Below are positions 27,494 through 37,717 of a DNA stretch of 64,000 nt, piece after piece. Within the stretch, counting starts at the first letter, position 1. Each line of letters starts with the position of its first letter. The notes beneath the pieces were generated by a model that was given only the letters and a program-made list of their open reading frames with translations, was not told where the DNA came from and did not search any database. Source of the DNA: Candidatus Poseidoniales archaeon (GTDB lineage: Archaea > Thermoplasmatota > Poseidoniia > MGIII > CG-Epi1); contig JBJLBX010000018.1 of assembly GCA_045567955.1 (NCBI GenBank), positions 9,292-73,291 on the forward strand, written 5' to 3'. Position numbers and translations under genes: made by a program.

Positions 27494-28914
27494 CTATTTT
27501 CTATTTCAGAAACTATAAAAGTCATTAACGCTGAACCAAAAAGTGCTGATAAAAATACTCCAAGATTAGCTAGGCCGGATTCATTGACCGGATTGGTCAA
27601 ATAATCTATTCCAGTCTTTAAATCTGAAGTATAAATCCCATATATTACTACGGAAATTAATCCAAATATAGCACCTATCAAACCACCATTTGCTGTAACT
27701 CTATTTGATAAAGATAAGAAAATAGGAAGGACTGTGGCTGCAGCAAAAAGATCTGCAACCAAAAAAACCCTGAAAACACTTAAAGCATCTTCTGAATAGT
27801 ACCATGCCAACAAAATTGCAATCGGAGCTGTAGCAATGACTGCATAACGGGCCTGTTGAATATCAAATTTAGAATCAGTTAAATCTCTAGAAATAACTGC
27901 AACAATGGCATTCTGAAGTGTATCTATACTGGAGCAAACTAAAGCAACTCCTAGAACTAATAACATAGCCAGTACAGGTTCAGGATAATTACTAATTAGT
28001 TCAAAAAAAGCTATAGAAGGATCATTGATAGCCCCTCTGCCAGCTGTAACAGTCCCTAAAAAACCAAATAATAAAACGGTTATAAAACACAACCCTGATG
28101 CTAAAAAAGCACCCTTCCGTAAAGCTTCATTATCTTCTGAAGCCCAAGTACGTTGCCAATTGCCTTGAGAAAACATTTCAGCTGCAGTAATAGCTAAAAC
28201 AAGAGCAAAACCTGCTTCAAAGGTAGAATAATCCTCTATACTGCCTATACTCCACGAATCTTCTGGATTGTAGGCTTTTGCATCATCAAAAATATTGCCA
28301 ATTCCTTCATTAATAATGAAGAGAAATACACAAATTACTAACCAAATTATGAATAAAGATTGTACTCGATCAGTCTTAATTGAAACTGGCAGACCTCCAA
28401 TTACTGTGTAAAATGTTGTAACACAGGCAACACAAATTATGGGAATTAAAAAGTTAATTCCTGATAAAAATTCAACTGCACGGCCGATCGCAATATACTC
28501 TGCAAACATAAAAGTAAACATGTAAATTAAAGAAATTACACCAACATAGAATTGCATTGGACGGCCCTGTTTTTGACGAACAAAATCTGCAAGAGTTACT
28601 CCATCAGGAGTCAATTTACGAATTATAGGACCTAAATAAGCCAAAAAAATAAATGGAGTTGCTGAAGATAAAGCATACCCAAATACATCATAAAATCCTC
28701 CATAATAACCAACTTCAGAAGGACCAAAAAGAATCCATATTCCCATTCCAGAAGCAAATAAACTAAGTCCAATCATTATCCAATTTTGACTTCCTCGAGC
28801 AGATAAGAAGAAGTCAGTATCCAACTCTTTTTCTGAGGATTCTCTATAACCCAACCAGGCAAAAAAAGCCAATGAGCCAAAAAGCAAAATATAAGCAATG
28901 CTAAATGAAATCAT
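27484..28914 (-). CDS. sodium:solute symporter (SSS family)
   Basis: 476 aa, ~13 TM; N-terminal FLSARGSQNWIMIGLSLFASGMG is SSS-like. Confidence 0.85.
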   Translation of the reverse strand: MISFSIAYILLFGSLAFFAWLGYRESSEKELDTDFFLSARGSQNWIMIGLSLFASGMGIWILFGPSEVGYYGGFYDVFGYALSSATPFIFLAYLGPIIRKLTPDGVTLADFVRQKQGRPMQFYVGVISLIYMFTFMFAEYIAIGRAVEFLSGINFLIPIICVACVTTFYTVIGGLPVSIKTDRVQSLFIIWLVICVFLFIINEGIGNIFDDAKAYNPEDSWSIGSIEDYSTFEAGFALVLAITAAEMFSQGNWQRTWASEDNEALRKGAFLASGLCFITVLLFGFLGTVTAGRGAINDPSIAFFELISNYPEPVLAMLLVLGVALVCSSIDTLQNAIVAVISRDLTDSKFDIQQARYAVIATAPIAILLAWYYSEDALSVFRVFLVADLFAAATVLPIFLSLSNRVTANGGLIGAIFGLISVVIYGIYTSDLKTGIDYLTNPVNESGLANLGVFLSALFGSALMTFIVSEIENSQS

Positions 28915-29726
28915 GCCATGGATTCCATATATTCGCCTAAACTTTCAACTATTTTGCAAACCCTTTCATGATTTTTTCCAACAATATACAAAGAAGGCTC
29001 AAAACCATAACCTCCTTCATCTATCAAAGCTTCAATATTGATGGAACTCTTATTTACTGATAAACTTTCTCCATCTCGAACTAATTTAACTGAATCTATC
29101 TTTAACTTTTCTAAAATGTCTGAAATAATAGAATCCCATCTAAGATTTATTATTACTGAAGTATTTGAGTCAAATTTACGTAATTCTAATAATAAATTAG
29201 AAAGGTGTGAAGAACCTCCAAATCTCGCTGATGAAACTGGGCGTGCCTGACCTCCAATAGGTATTAACCGGCCTGGAAACGCAGCTATATCTGAAATTTC
29301 TATAGCTTCATTCGTTGCTATTGCAATGTTGACTCTTACTTGTGGAGAAAGCATAGGAATTACTTTAGCCAGCCTCTTACGCATATCCGTGATATTAACT
29401 AGGGTTCTTTCTCGATTGCCTTGAATAGGGAAATTTATGTTCAATTCGTGATTATCAACCTCTATTGTTAATTTCCAAGAAGAAGCGTCACCCTCCTTGA
29501 GAATCACAGCTAATGATTTAGCAGCTTCTTGTAAATTACTTTCTATTGGTTCTTTGTAACGTGTTGGTAAAGTGTGTAAATAATTACCAGCCATCACTTG
29601 ACTAACTCCTAAGGCATTACCAAGACGCGCTTGTGTCCAACCATCTTCGGCAAGTATTCTACAAGATCGACCTCTCAACTCTTTAAACAAATTACTGGTT
29701 AATTCTACAGGCATCATATTAATCAA
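28911..29726 (-). CDS. HTH transcriptional regulator with ThiN-like C-terminal domain (ThiR-like), tentative
   Basis: 271 aa; N-terminal HTH (WTQARLGNALGVSQVMAGNYL) plus a ~200-aa domain. Assignment rests mainly on context (coupled to the SSS transporter, divergent from TPK). Confidence 0.45.
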   Translation of the reverse strand: MINMMPVELTSNLFKELRGRSCRILAEDGWTQARLGNALGVSQVMAGNYLHTLPTRYKEPIESNLQEAAKSLAVILKEGDASSWKLTIEVDNHELNINFPIQGNRERTLVNITDMRKRLAKVIPMLSPQVRVNIAIATNEAIEISDIAAFPGRLIPIGGQARPVSSARFGGSSHLSNLLLELRKFDSNTSVIINLRWDSIISDILEKLKIDSVKLVRDGESLSVNKSSINIEALIDEGGYGFEPSLYIVGKNHERVCKIVESLGEYMESMA

Positions 29727-29810
29727 TTATAAAATACAATAAGTCATTTATAAAAGTTATGTAAGCCTTTTAGCAAGGGGTCTAATGAACTCTGTTTAAA
29801 GAGGTTAAAT

Positions 29811-31124
29811 TTGATGAAAAATACACCAGTATCAAAAAAAATCATAAGTGAAATATTTGATGAAACTGGATTTGATCAAAATAATCTATCTATACGTGAA
29901 ACCAATCGCTTGGCTACAATCATAAGTAAAAAAGGAGATATTGATTTTATTAGAATGGAAATGGGAATTCCAAATATCCCACCTTCTGATATTGCTAAAG
30001 AAGCGGAAAAAGAAGCAATAGACAAAGGCATGCAAGGTTTCTATCCTCCATTTGACGGAATTCCAGAGTTGAAATCAGCAGGAAGTGAATTTGTCAAAGC
30101 ATTTTTAGATATAACTGTAGAGGCTGAAAATATAATTCCAACTTGTGGATCATTACAAGGAGGATATATTTCTCAAGCCTTAGCTGGAAAAATGCACCCT
30201 GGAAAAGATACAATTTTATACTTAGATCCTACATTTCCTGTGACAAGATATCAAGCTAAATTCTTAGGCTTGAATAGTACTGGTATTGAACTTTATGACA
30301 ATAGAGGTGAAAGACTAATTGAAGCTATTAATGGAAAAGTCAAAAATGGAAATATAGGAGGAATTTTATGGTCATCTCCAAACAATCCTAGTTGGTCATG
30401 CTTAACTGAAAATGAGCTAGAAGGGATTGCTAAAATTTGTGACAAAAATGACATCTTAGCAATTGAAGATTTAGCATATCTGGGAATGGACTTTAGAAAA
30501 GACTATTCGCAGCCTTATCAAAAACCGTACATACCTACAATTGGTAAATTTGGGATTAAATGGGTAACTTTAATTTCAGCTTCTAAAGCCTTTTCATTTC
30601 CAGGACCAAGATGTGGACTTGCCATTATTTCCCCAAAACTAAACAAAATGGAATTTGAAGGACTTGAAGACTTTTGTGGTCGTAAAAGATTTGGGCATGC
30701 TTTTGCTTTAGGAGGACTGTATGTTACTACATCTGGGACAAGCCATACTGCACAATTTGCTTTAGCTAAAATGTTGAAAGCATCGGCAGAAGGCAAATTT
30801 AATTTTATTAAGATAACTCGTGCATACGGAGAGAGAGCAAAACATGTCAGAAAACTTTTCCTAAAATATGGATTCAAACAAGTATACGAAAAAGATATGG
30901 ATGAAATAGTAGGAGATGGATTCTATCTTACCATGTCTTATCCTAACTATGATGGAAATAACTTAATGTTAGAATTAATGAGATATGGTATATCAACAAT
31001 TACTCTAAAATCAACCGGTTCAAATAGGCATGAAGGGTTACGTGTTTGTATCTCTTTTGTGGATTTGAAAGATATGCCACTTTTGGAAGAAAAATTGAAA
31101 AAATTTATGGAGAATAACACTTGA
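29811..31124 (+). CDS. PLP-dependent aminotransferase (class I/II)
   Basis: 437 aa; fold-type-I features, probable PLP-lysine region ISASKAFSFPGPRCG. Confidence 0.7.
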   Translation: MMKNTPVSKKIISEIFDETGFDQNNLSIRETNRLATIISKKGDIDFIRMEMGIPNIPPSDIAKEAEKEAIDKGMQGFYPPFDGIPELKSAGSEFVKAFLDITVEAENIIPTCGSLQGGYISQALAGKMHPGKDTILYLDPTFPVTRYQAKFLGLNSTGIELYDNRGERLIEAINGKVKNGNIGGILWSSPNNPSWSCLTENELEGIAKICDKNDILAIEDLAYLGMDFRKDYSQPYQKPYIPTIGKFGIKWVTLISASKAFSFPGPRCGLAIISPKLNKMEFEGLEDFCGRKRFGHAFALGGLYVTTSGTSHTAQFALAKMLKASAEGKFNFIKITRAYGERAKHVRKLFLKYGFKQVYEKDMDEIVGDGFYLTMSYPNYDGNNLMLELMRYGISTITLKSTGSNRHEGLRVCISFVDLKDMPLLEEKLKKFMENNT

Positions 31125-32140
31125 AAACAAACAATATCGATTTCGATAATTTAACTTTTACATTTACGAAAACTCGTTCAATGTATGTTGCAAAATGCAA
31201 GCAAGGAGATAACTGGAATTCTGGAGAGTTGATTCCATATGGGGATATTTCAATATCTCCAGCTTCAACGGTTCTGAATTATGGCCAAGGTTTATTTGAA
31301 GGAATGAAAGCCTACAAAACAGATAGTGGCCGAATTTTATTATTTAGACCCGAAAAAAATGCAGAAAGAGCTGCTAAAGGATGTACTCGATTATCTATGC
31401 CTGAAATTCCCAAAAATATTTTTTTGGAAGCTGTAAAAAGTGTCGTCCAAGACAATTCAGATTATATTCCACCTACTGAAAAAGGTGCATTATACATTAG
31501 GCCTATTATTTTTGGATCCGCTGAAGGGCTAGGTGTAGCGCCTTCTACAGAATACACTTTTATGGTCTATTGCTCACCTGTTGGACCTTATTTTAAAGGA
31601 GGATTAGCACCCATAAAACTAATCGTATCCACACAATATCACAGAGCACCTCTCAAAGGCACTGGCGGAGTAAAGGCAATTGGAAACTACGTTCCTGGAA
31701 TGTTACCAAGTGGCGATGCCAAAAAGAAAGGTTTTGCTGAAATAATATATCTGGATGCTGCCGAGGAGAAATACGTAGAAGAAGTAGGAGCTGCAAATTT
31801 CTTTGCCATTATAAACGGGAAAATGATAACACCTAAATTAACCGGTTCAATACTCCCCGGGATAACTAGAGATTCAGTGATACATATAGCTAAAGAAAAA
31901 TTAGGACTTGATGTAGAAGAAAGACGAATAAGTATTGATGAAGCTATGGCAGCTGAAGAAGTATTTTGTGCAGGCACTGCTGCAATAATATCACCAATAG
32001 GATCAATAAAATATAACAATAAAGAACATCTATTTTCAAATGGAGATGTAGGGCCAATTACAAGAGAACTATACGACATTTTAACAGGTATACAATATGG
32101 CAATGATAAGGACCCATTTGACTGGATAATAGAACTATAA
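31121..32140 (+). CDS. ilvE: branched-chain amino acid aminotransferase (class IV)
   Basis: 339 aa; NYGQGLFEGMKAY and the class-IV BCAT layout. Confidence 0.85.
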   Translation: MKTNNIDFDNLTFTFTKTRSMYVAKCKQGDNWNSGELIPYGDISISPASTVLNYGQGLFEGMKAYKTDSGRILLFRPEKNAERAAKGCTRLSMPEIPKNIFLEAVKSVVQDNSDYIPPTEKGALYIRPIIFGSAEGLGVAPSTEYTFMVYCSPVGPYFKGGLAPIKLIVSTQYHRAPLKGTGGVKAIGNYVPGMLPSGDAKKKGFAEIIYLDAAEEKYVEEVGAANFFAIINGKMITPKLTGSILPGITRDSVIHIAKEKLGLDVEERRISIDEAMAAEEVFCAGTAAIISPIGSIKYNNKEHLFSNGDVGPITRELYDILTGIQYGNDKDPFDWIIEL

Positions 32141-32175
32141 CGTGATTTATACCCCTAGACAATACTTTAGATAGC

Positions 32176-33480
32176 ATGAAAACGCTCATATATGAATTAT
32201 CTAGCAAAATCCAAACAAGAAAGGCTAAAATTGGTATAATCGGAATGGGCTATGTCGGAATACCCTTAGGATTAGAATTTGAAAAAGCTGGATTTACTAT
32301 AATCGGATTTGATAAAGATAAAAAACGTGTTGATGATATTAACAATGGAAAACAAGTGATGAAGCATATCTCTTCTAATTTAATGTCTGAATTTATTAAA
32401 TCTAATAGAGCAACTGCTACAACTGATTTTACTAAAATTCAAGAAGCTGACTGCCTGATTCTATGTGTCCCAACGCCTCTTGATGAACATGAACAACCTG
32501 ATATGAGTTATGTTGAAAGTGCAACTAATGAAATCTCAAAGAATATCTCTAAAGGACAGTTGATTGTTCTGGAATCTACTACATATCCTGGAACTACTCG
32601 AGAGATTGTTATGCCATTATTAGAAAAATCTAATTTGAAGGCTGGAAAAGATTTCTTTTTAGCATATTCGCCGGAAAGAGAAGACCCAGGAAATAAAGAA
32701 TTTAGTGTGTCAAAAATACCTAAAGTAATAGGAGGATATACTAATAATTGTTTACAAATGACCTGTGAACTTTATGATACAATTGTATCTGAAACCGTAA
32801 AAGTGAGCTCTATGGAAACTGCTGAATCTACAAAACTCATGGAAAATATATTCAGAGCAGTCAATATTGCAATGGTCAATGAATTAAAACTAGTTTTCGA
32901 CAGAATGGGAGTAAATATTTGGGAAGTAATTGATGCTGCTAAAACAAAACCTTTCGGATTCATGCCATTTTATCCTGGACCTGGCATGGGAGGTCATTGT
33001 ATACCCATTGATCCTTTTTATCTATCTTGGAAAGCTAAAGAATTCAATACCGAAGCGAAATTTATTGAACTAGCTGGTGAAATTAATCGGAAAATGACCG
33101 AGAATATAGCTCACAGAGTAGGTAAAGCCTTGAATGATGATAAAAAGAGTATTAGAGAAAGTAAGATACTTATAATTGGATTGGCATACAAAAAAGACAT
33201 AGATGATATAAGAGAGTCTCCTGCGATTAAAATCATGGATTTATTGAAGTACAAAGGTGCAAAGATAGACTACCATGATCCCTTCGTAAATGAATTTAGA
33301 GACTTGCGAAGTATCGATCTAACTACAAAAAATATTCAGAAATATGACTCATTAATAATTACTACAGATCATAGTGAAATAGACTATGAAATGATTGGAA
33401 AACATGCCTCATTAGTGGTAGACACAAGAAATATCATGTCATCTGTTAAAAAACCAAAATCTAGAATTGTAATGGCCTGA
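32176..33480 (+). CDS. UDP-glucose/GDP-mannose dehydrogenase family nucleotide-sugar dehydrogenase
   Basis: 434 aa; KIGIIGMGYVGIPLG Rossmann N-terminus, catalytic GGHCIPIDP. Confidence 0.85.
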   Translation: MKTLIYELSSKIQTRKAKIGIIGMGYVGIPLGLEFEKAGFTIIGFDKDKKRVDDINNGKQVMKHISSNLMSEFIKSNRATATTDFTKIQEADCLILCVPTPLDEHEQPDMSYVESATNEISKNISKGQLIVLESTTYPGTTREIVMPLLEKSNLKAGKDFFLAYSPEREDPGNKEFSVSKIPKVIGGYTNNCLQMTCELYDTIVSETVKVSSMETAESTKLMENIFRAVNIAMVNELKLVFDRMGVNIWEVIDAAKTKPFGFMPFYPGPGMGGHCIPIDPFYLSWKAKEFNTEAKFIELAGEINRKMTENIAHRVGKALNDDKKSIRESKILIIGLAYKKDIDDIRESPAIKIMDLLKYKGAKIDYHDPFVNEFRDLRSIDLTTKNIQKYDSLIITTDHSEIDYEMIGKHASLVVDTRNIMSSVKKPKSRIVMA

Positions 33481-33482
33481 GA

Positions 33483-34403
33483 ATGAATAGGCATCAAATT
33501 ATACGAGATAAAATCATAAAAAAATATAGTATTTTAGTAGATGATGAAAAAAAATTTGCGAAGTCTATTAACTTACCTTTGAAACAATCTTTCAGAGTTA
33601 ATACATTAAAAGAAGAAAAAGAACGTGTTTTAAATAAACTGAAAGAGTATGATCCTAAAATAAAAACCACTGAGTGGAATGATAATGCTCATGTCTCTGA
33701 ATTAGATAATTTGGGAAGTAGCCTAGAACATTTTGTCGGCCACATCTATATCCAAGAACTAACTTCAATGATTCCTCCATTAGTAGTCAAAGATTTAATC
33801 AAAAATGCTAGTATCATCGATTGTTGTGCAGCACCGGGTTCTAAGACAACACAAATGGCTGCAATGATGGAAAATAAAGGACATATAATTGCAAATGATG
33901 CCAGACATGCTCGATTGAAATCACTTAGAGGGAACTTAGATCGGCTTGGAGTTACAAATACTTCAGTAACATTAAGAGATTTTAAATCATTTCCAAATAC
34001 AAAAGCAGATTTATATTTTGTTGATGCGCCATGTAGTTCTGAAGGGACTATTCGCAAAAAAAAAAGTGTAGCCCGGACTTGGAGAGAAAAAGATTACCTC
34101 CGATTTAATAAACTTCAAAAAGGATTATTGGGAAAAGCATGTGAAATGGCGCCTTCAGGAAGTGCGGTTGTGTATTCTACCTGTACTTTTTCACCAGATG
34201 AAAATGAAAAAGTAGTAAGTGATATATTAGACAAATATAATATGAAAATGAAAAAAATAGATATAAAAAAACTGAAAAGTGAGTCTGGAATTACTAAATG
34301 GAATAATGAAAAATATAACTCTGAAGTCGAAAAATGCATGAGAGTGTGGCCTCACCATAATGATACTGATGCTTTTTTCATAGCGAGAATGGAAAAATGT
34401 TAA
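33483..34403 (+). CDS. NOL1/NOP2/Sun-family RNA m5C methyltransferase (RsmB/RsmF-like)
   Basis: 306 aa; SAM motif DCCAAPGSKTTQ, catalytic DAPCSSEGT and TCT. Confidence 0.85.
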   Translation: MNRHQIIRDKIIKKYSILVDDEKKFAKSINLPLKQSFRVNTLKEEKERVLNKLKEYDPKIKTTEWNDNAHVSELDNLGSSLEHFVGHIYIQELTSMIPPLVVKDLIKNASIIDCCAAPGSKTTQMAAMMENKGHIIANDARHARLKSLRGNLDRLGVTNTSVTLRDFKSFPNTKADLYFVDAPCSSEGTIRKKKSVARTWREKDYLRFNKLQKGLLGKACEMAPSGSAVVYSTCTFSPDENEKVVSDILDKYNMKMKKIDIKKLKSESGITKWNNEKYNSEVEKCMRVWPHHNDTDAFFIARMEKC

Positions 34404-34849
34404 AACCTCTAGTAAAAGAAAAGAAAGAGCTAATTCAAGAGTATTGCGTTGAACGGTTTGGTATGGACTCTGAGATTTGGAATAATTACGAATGGTATTC
34501 AGGATCTAAAAATAAAATATACCTCGCAAATACTTTAGATATTGAAAGAATAATTCCTGAAAGTAAAGGCATTTGTATTTTCAGACTTGATAAAAGTCCA
34601 AAACCAACAACTAATTTCCTCCAGTTATTTGGAAAATATATATCAAAAAATTATATTGAAATTAATAATAAAAATACTATCAAATATTGTAAAGGAGATG
34701 ATTTAATCTTAGAAAGTAATAAGGCAATCGTCCCGGGGTTTGTTCTAATAACTAATAATAAAAGATTTTTAGGATGCGGACATTGGAATGGTAAATTGCT
34801 TAAGAATCAACTTCCAAAATCTAAATTTTGTAATATAAATTTTCTTTAA
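34397..34849 (+). CDS. hypothetical protein, possibly the detached C-terminal domain of the NSUN methyltransferase
   Basis: 150 aa; ATG overlaps the NSUN stop region (7-nt out-of-frame overlap); no recognisable motif. Confidence 0.4.
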   Translation: MLKPLVKEKKELIQEYCVERFGMDSEIWNNYEWYSGSKNKIYLANTLDIERIIPESKGICIFRLDKSPKPTTNFLQLFGKYISKNYIEINNKNTIKYCKGDDLILESNKAIVPGFVLITNNKRFLGCGHWNGKLLKNQLPKSKFCNINFL

Positions 34850-34871
34850 GAACAGGCATACTGCTTAATTA

Positions 34872-37055
34872 TTGGCTTTTATACGGTTAAACATGGGTCA
34901 AATGACCTTCGATTTCGAAGCTGATGATAATACTCCTGTAGAACCTCAGAAAGAGGTTGAAAAAATAGAAGATAATGATAAAAAAGAAATCACGGAAAAA
35001 ACGACACCTGAAAAAGAAAAGAAAGATAATACCGATAAGAAAGATATAAATGTGAAAACTAAGAAAGAAAAAAAAGAACGTAAAAAAAAGGGTCAACCCA
35101 AAACTAAGGCCCACCAACTTGCAAAAGAACAAAGAGATATTCCCGTTTCAGAATTCTTTGAACAAAACAGACATATTTTAGGATTTGACAATCCTACGCA
35201 TTCATTAATTACTGCTGTTAAAGAAGGTGTAGACAATAGTTTGGATGCATGTGAACAAGCTGGTTTTCTACCTGAATTAAAAATAGAAATTGGTAATTTG
35301 GGAAAGGATGAATTGAGTATTGCTATTGAGGATAATGGACCTGGAATTGTTGAAGAAAATGTGCCAAATGTTTTTGGAAGACTTTTGTACGGTTCTCGGT
35401 TTGGAAGTGGAAAACAATCTCGTGGACAACAAGGCATTGGAATCTCAGCAGCTATAATGTATGGCCAATTAACAACAGGTCGATCTGCAATTATCAGTAC
35501 AAGAATATCTAAAGAGCATTTAGCAAATCGAATAACTATGAAGCTTGATACAAGAAATAATCGAGGCAATATTGAGCGAACTGAAGATTTTGTTTGGAAA
35601 AATGATACAGAAGAACCTGATGAAGACGGAATTTATCCTGAAAAATATCATGGAACTAGAGTAGAATTTGCAATAAAGGGAAGATATCGTGAAGCTAGAC
35701 CTTCTGTTTTAGAATATATCAAATCTACGGCTATTGTCAATCCACATGCTAAAATAATTTTTAAAAATCCAGATGGAAAAAATTTCTTATTTGATAGAGG
35801 AAGTCATGAACTTCCAAAATTACCAACGGAGGGAGTCAAACCTCATCCACATGGCGTTGAATTAGGGCAGTTGATGCGTATGGCACACCATAGCTCAGAG
35901 CATCAAATGGGGAATTTTCTCCGCAAAGATTTCTCATCAATGGGAGCTAAGAGTATACAAGATGTTTTGAGAAAAGCAAGATTAACTAAAGTAGTCAGAC
36001 CTCAAGATACAACGCGTGTTGAAGCTAAAAAGTTAATAGAAGCATTCAAAACTACATCGATAAGAACTCCTACAAGTGGAGTATTGGTACCTATCGGACC
36101 TAAATTAATAAAACTAGGATTAAAACAAGTTTTAGAAAAATATAGACCTGATTTTTACACATTACCTATTAGCAGAACTCCATCTGTTTTTTCAGGCACT
36201 CCTTTTTTAGTTGAAGTTGGAATGGTTTATGGAGGGAACTTACCAAAAGATCAACCTGTACAAGTTCTAAGATTTGCAAATAGAGTTCCTTTGCTTTATC
36301 AGGCAGGAGGTTGCGCTATTACTAAAGCTATTCAGAGTATTAATTGGAGACTTTACGGACTTGACCAAAAAGGTGGAAAAGGCACTCCAAGTGGTCCTGC
36401 TATTATACTCGTTCATGTGGCTTCAACAAATATACCCTTCACATCTGAAGCAAAAGAAGCAATTGCAGACATAAAAGAAATTAAAAAAGAAATTAAACTA
36501 GCGTTACGAAATAATGCTAAAACACTTTCAAAGCACCTTAAGAAACAAAAGAAACGAGCTAAAGTTAGTGAAAAATTTGATTTAGTCCAAAAAGTTTTAC
36601 CAGCTATTGCTGAAAAAACATCAAGTGTTGTAGGCAAGCCGGTGCCTAATCTAGACAAAATAGTAGCAGCCATAATGGATGTTGTTTGGATTGAAGAAAA
36701 AATAGAATTTGAGAATGAACAAATTGAAATCGAAATTGAAATCATTAATTATCGTTTAAGATCTGCTAATTTCAAATTAAGAGTTGAAGTTCCAGGTCAT
36801 GAAATTACTGAAGCTGTACCGAGGCCTGGGAAAAGAGAAGGAAACCATGTTATTTGGTCAGTAGGTTTACCGACTACTGAATCTGCAAAATATAAATTTC
36901 TAGTACCGCAAGGAAATAGAAGTAGTTTTGAAGGGTTAGAAATATGGGTAGAAGGCATTGATTCCACAAACATTATTGGAGCTGAAAAATGGACCGGAGT
37001 TATTGACCCTGGAATAAATGAAGCTATAGAAGCTGAAAAACAGGGACTTGTATAA
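34872..37055 (+). CDS. top6B: DNA topoisomerase VI subunit B with lysine/glutamate-rich N-terminal extension
   Basis: 727 aa; GHKL/Bergerat ATPase motifs (KEGVDNSLDA; IEDNGPGI; GSRFGSGKQSRGQQGIGISAA), transducer domain. First ~90 aa are low-complexity K/E-rich. No Top6A ORF adjacent. Confidence 0.85.
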   Translation: MAFIRLNMGQMTFDFEADDNTPVEPQKEVEKIEDNDKKEITEKTTPEKEKKDNTDKKDINVKTKKEKKERKKKGQPKTKAHQLAKEQRDIPVSEFFEQNRHILGFDNPTHSLITAVKEGVDNSLDACEQAGFLPELKIEIGNLGKDELSIAIEDNGPGIVEENVPNVFGRLLYGSRFGSGKQSRGQQGIGISAAIMYGQLTTGRSAIISTRISKEHLANRITMKLDTRNNRGNIERTEDFVWKNDTEEPDEDGIYPEKYHGTRVEFAIKGRYREARPSVLEYIKSTAIVNPHAKIIFKNPDGKNFLFDRGSHELPKLPTEGVKPHPHGVELGQLMRMAHHSSEHQMGNFLRKDFSSMGAKSIQDVLRKARLTKVVRPQDTTRVEAKKLIEAFKTTSIRTPTSGVLVPIGPKLIKLGLKQVLEKYRPDFYTLPISRTPSVFSGTPFLVEVGMVYGGNLPKDQPVQVLRFANRVPLLYQAGGCAITKAIQSINWRLYGLDQKGGKGTPSGPAIILVHVASTNIPFTSEAKEAIADIKEIKKEIKLALRNNAKTLSKHLKKQKKRAKVSEKFDLVQKVLPAIAEKTSSVVGKPVPNLDKIVAAIMDVVWIEEKIEFENEQIEIEIEIINYRLRSANFKLRVEVPGHEITEAVPRPGKREGNHVIWSVGLPTTESAKYKFLVPQGNRSSFEGLEIWVEGIDSTNIIGAEKWTGVIDPGINEAIEAEKQGLV

Positions 37056-37057
37056 AT

Positions 37058-37642
37058 ATGAAATTGCCAGATGGCATTCGGAAAAAAAGATCGTTCTTAG
37101 AAATTAAAGAAAGAAATAATTGGATTTCTTGGAATCCTTACCATTCGAAATTATCTGCATATTTGTTAGCTAAAGGGAAATATTGGCCATTTACCAAAAA
37201 AAGTATTGTTTTATACCTTGGAGCTGCTGAAGGAAATACAATACGCTTTCTTAGTAATATTTGTTCTGAAGGTCGATTAATTGGTGTAGATATTTCACCA
37301 ACTTCAATGGCTGAATTACTTCTATTAGCTGAAGAAAAAAACAATATTATCCCATTTCTAGGAGATGCACATTTCCCAAAACATTACCATCCACATACTA
37401 ATTCTCCAAATATAATATATCAAGATATTGCACAGGGTGATCAATTAGATATTTTTACAAGAAATTATGATTATTTTAAACCTAAATGTGGATTTCTTAT
37501 GCTTAAGTCAAAATCAATCAAAGGTGATGATAATTATATTATTAAGCAATACAATGATAATTTGAAATCAAAATTTGATATTGTAGAATGTATTAATATT
37601 TCAAAATGGGCTAAGGGCCATAGAGCCTATTATGTCCAATAA
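37058..37642 (+). CDS. flpA: fibrillarin-like rRNA/tRNA 2'-O-methyltransferase
   Basis: 194 aa; WNPYHSKLSAYLL, VLYLGAAEGNTIRFLSNI (SAM motif), IPFLGDAHFPKHY fit fibrillarin. No Nop5 gene adjacent. Confidence 0.75.
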   Translation: MKLPDGIRKKRSFLEIKERNNWISWNPYHSKLSAYLLAKGKYWPFTKKSIVLYLGAAEGNTIRFLSNICSEGRLIGVDISPTSMAELLLLAEEKNNIIPFLGDAHFPKHYHPHTNSPNIIYQDIAQGDQLDIFTRNYDYFKPKCGFLMLKSKSIKGDDNYIIKQYNDNLKSKFDIVECINISKWAKGHRAYYVQ

Positions 37643-37717
37643 TGGAGCCATCGGTGGGAATCGAACCCACGACCTGCGCCTTACCAAGGCACCGCTATAC
37701 CCCTTAGCCACGATGGC
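37643..37717 (-). tRNA. tRNA-Thr (anticodon GGU), CCA encoded
   Basis: Minus-strand sequence GCCATCGTGGCTAAGGGGTATAGCGGTGCCTTGGTAAGGCGCAGGTCGTGGGTTCGATTCCCACCGATGGCTCCA folds into a cloverleaf by hand (7-bp acceptor, GCTA/TAGC D-stem, anticodon loop TTGGTAA, GTGGG-TTCGATT-CCCAC T-arm). Abuts the fibrillarin stop codon. Confidence 0.85.

Noticed and set aside
36727-36750. Short tandem gaaattgaaatc repeat
   Set aside because: Encodes an EIEIEI low-complexity stretch inside the top6B C-terminal region; too short to be a regulatory repeat.
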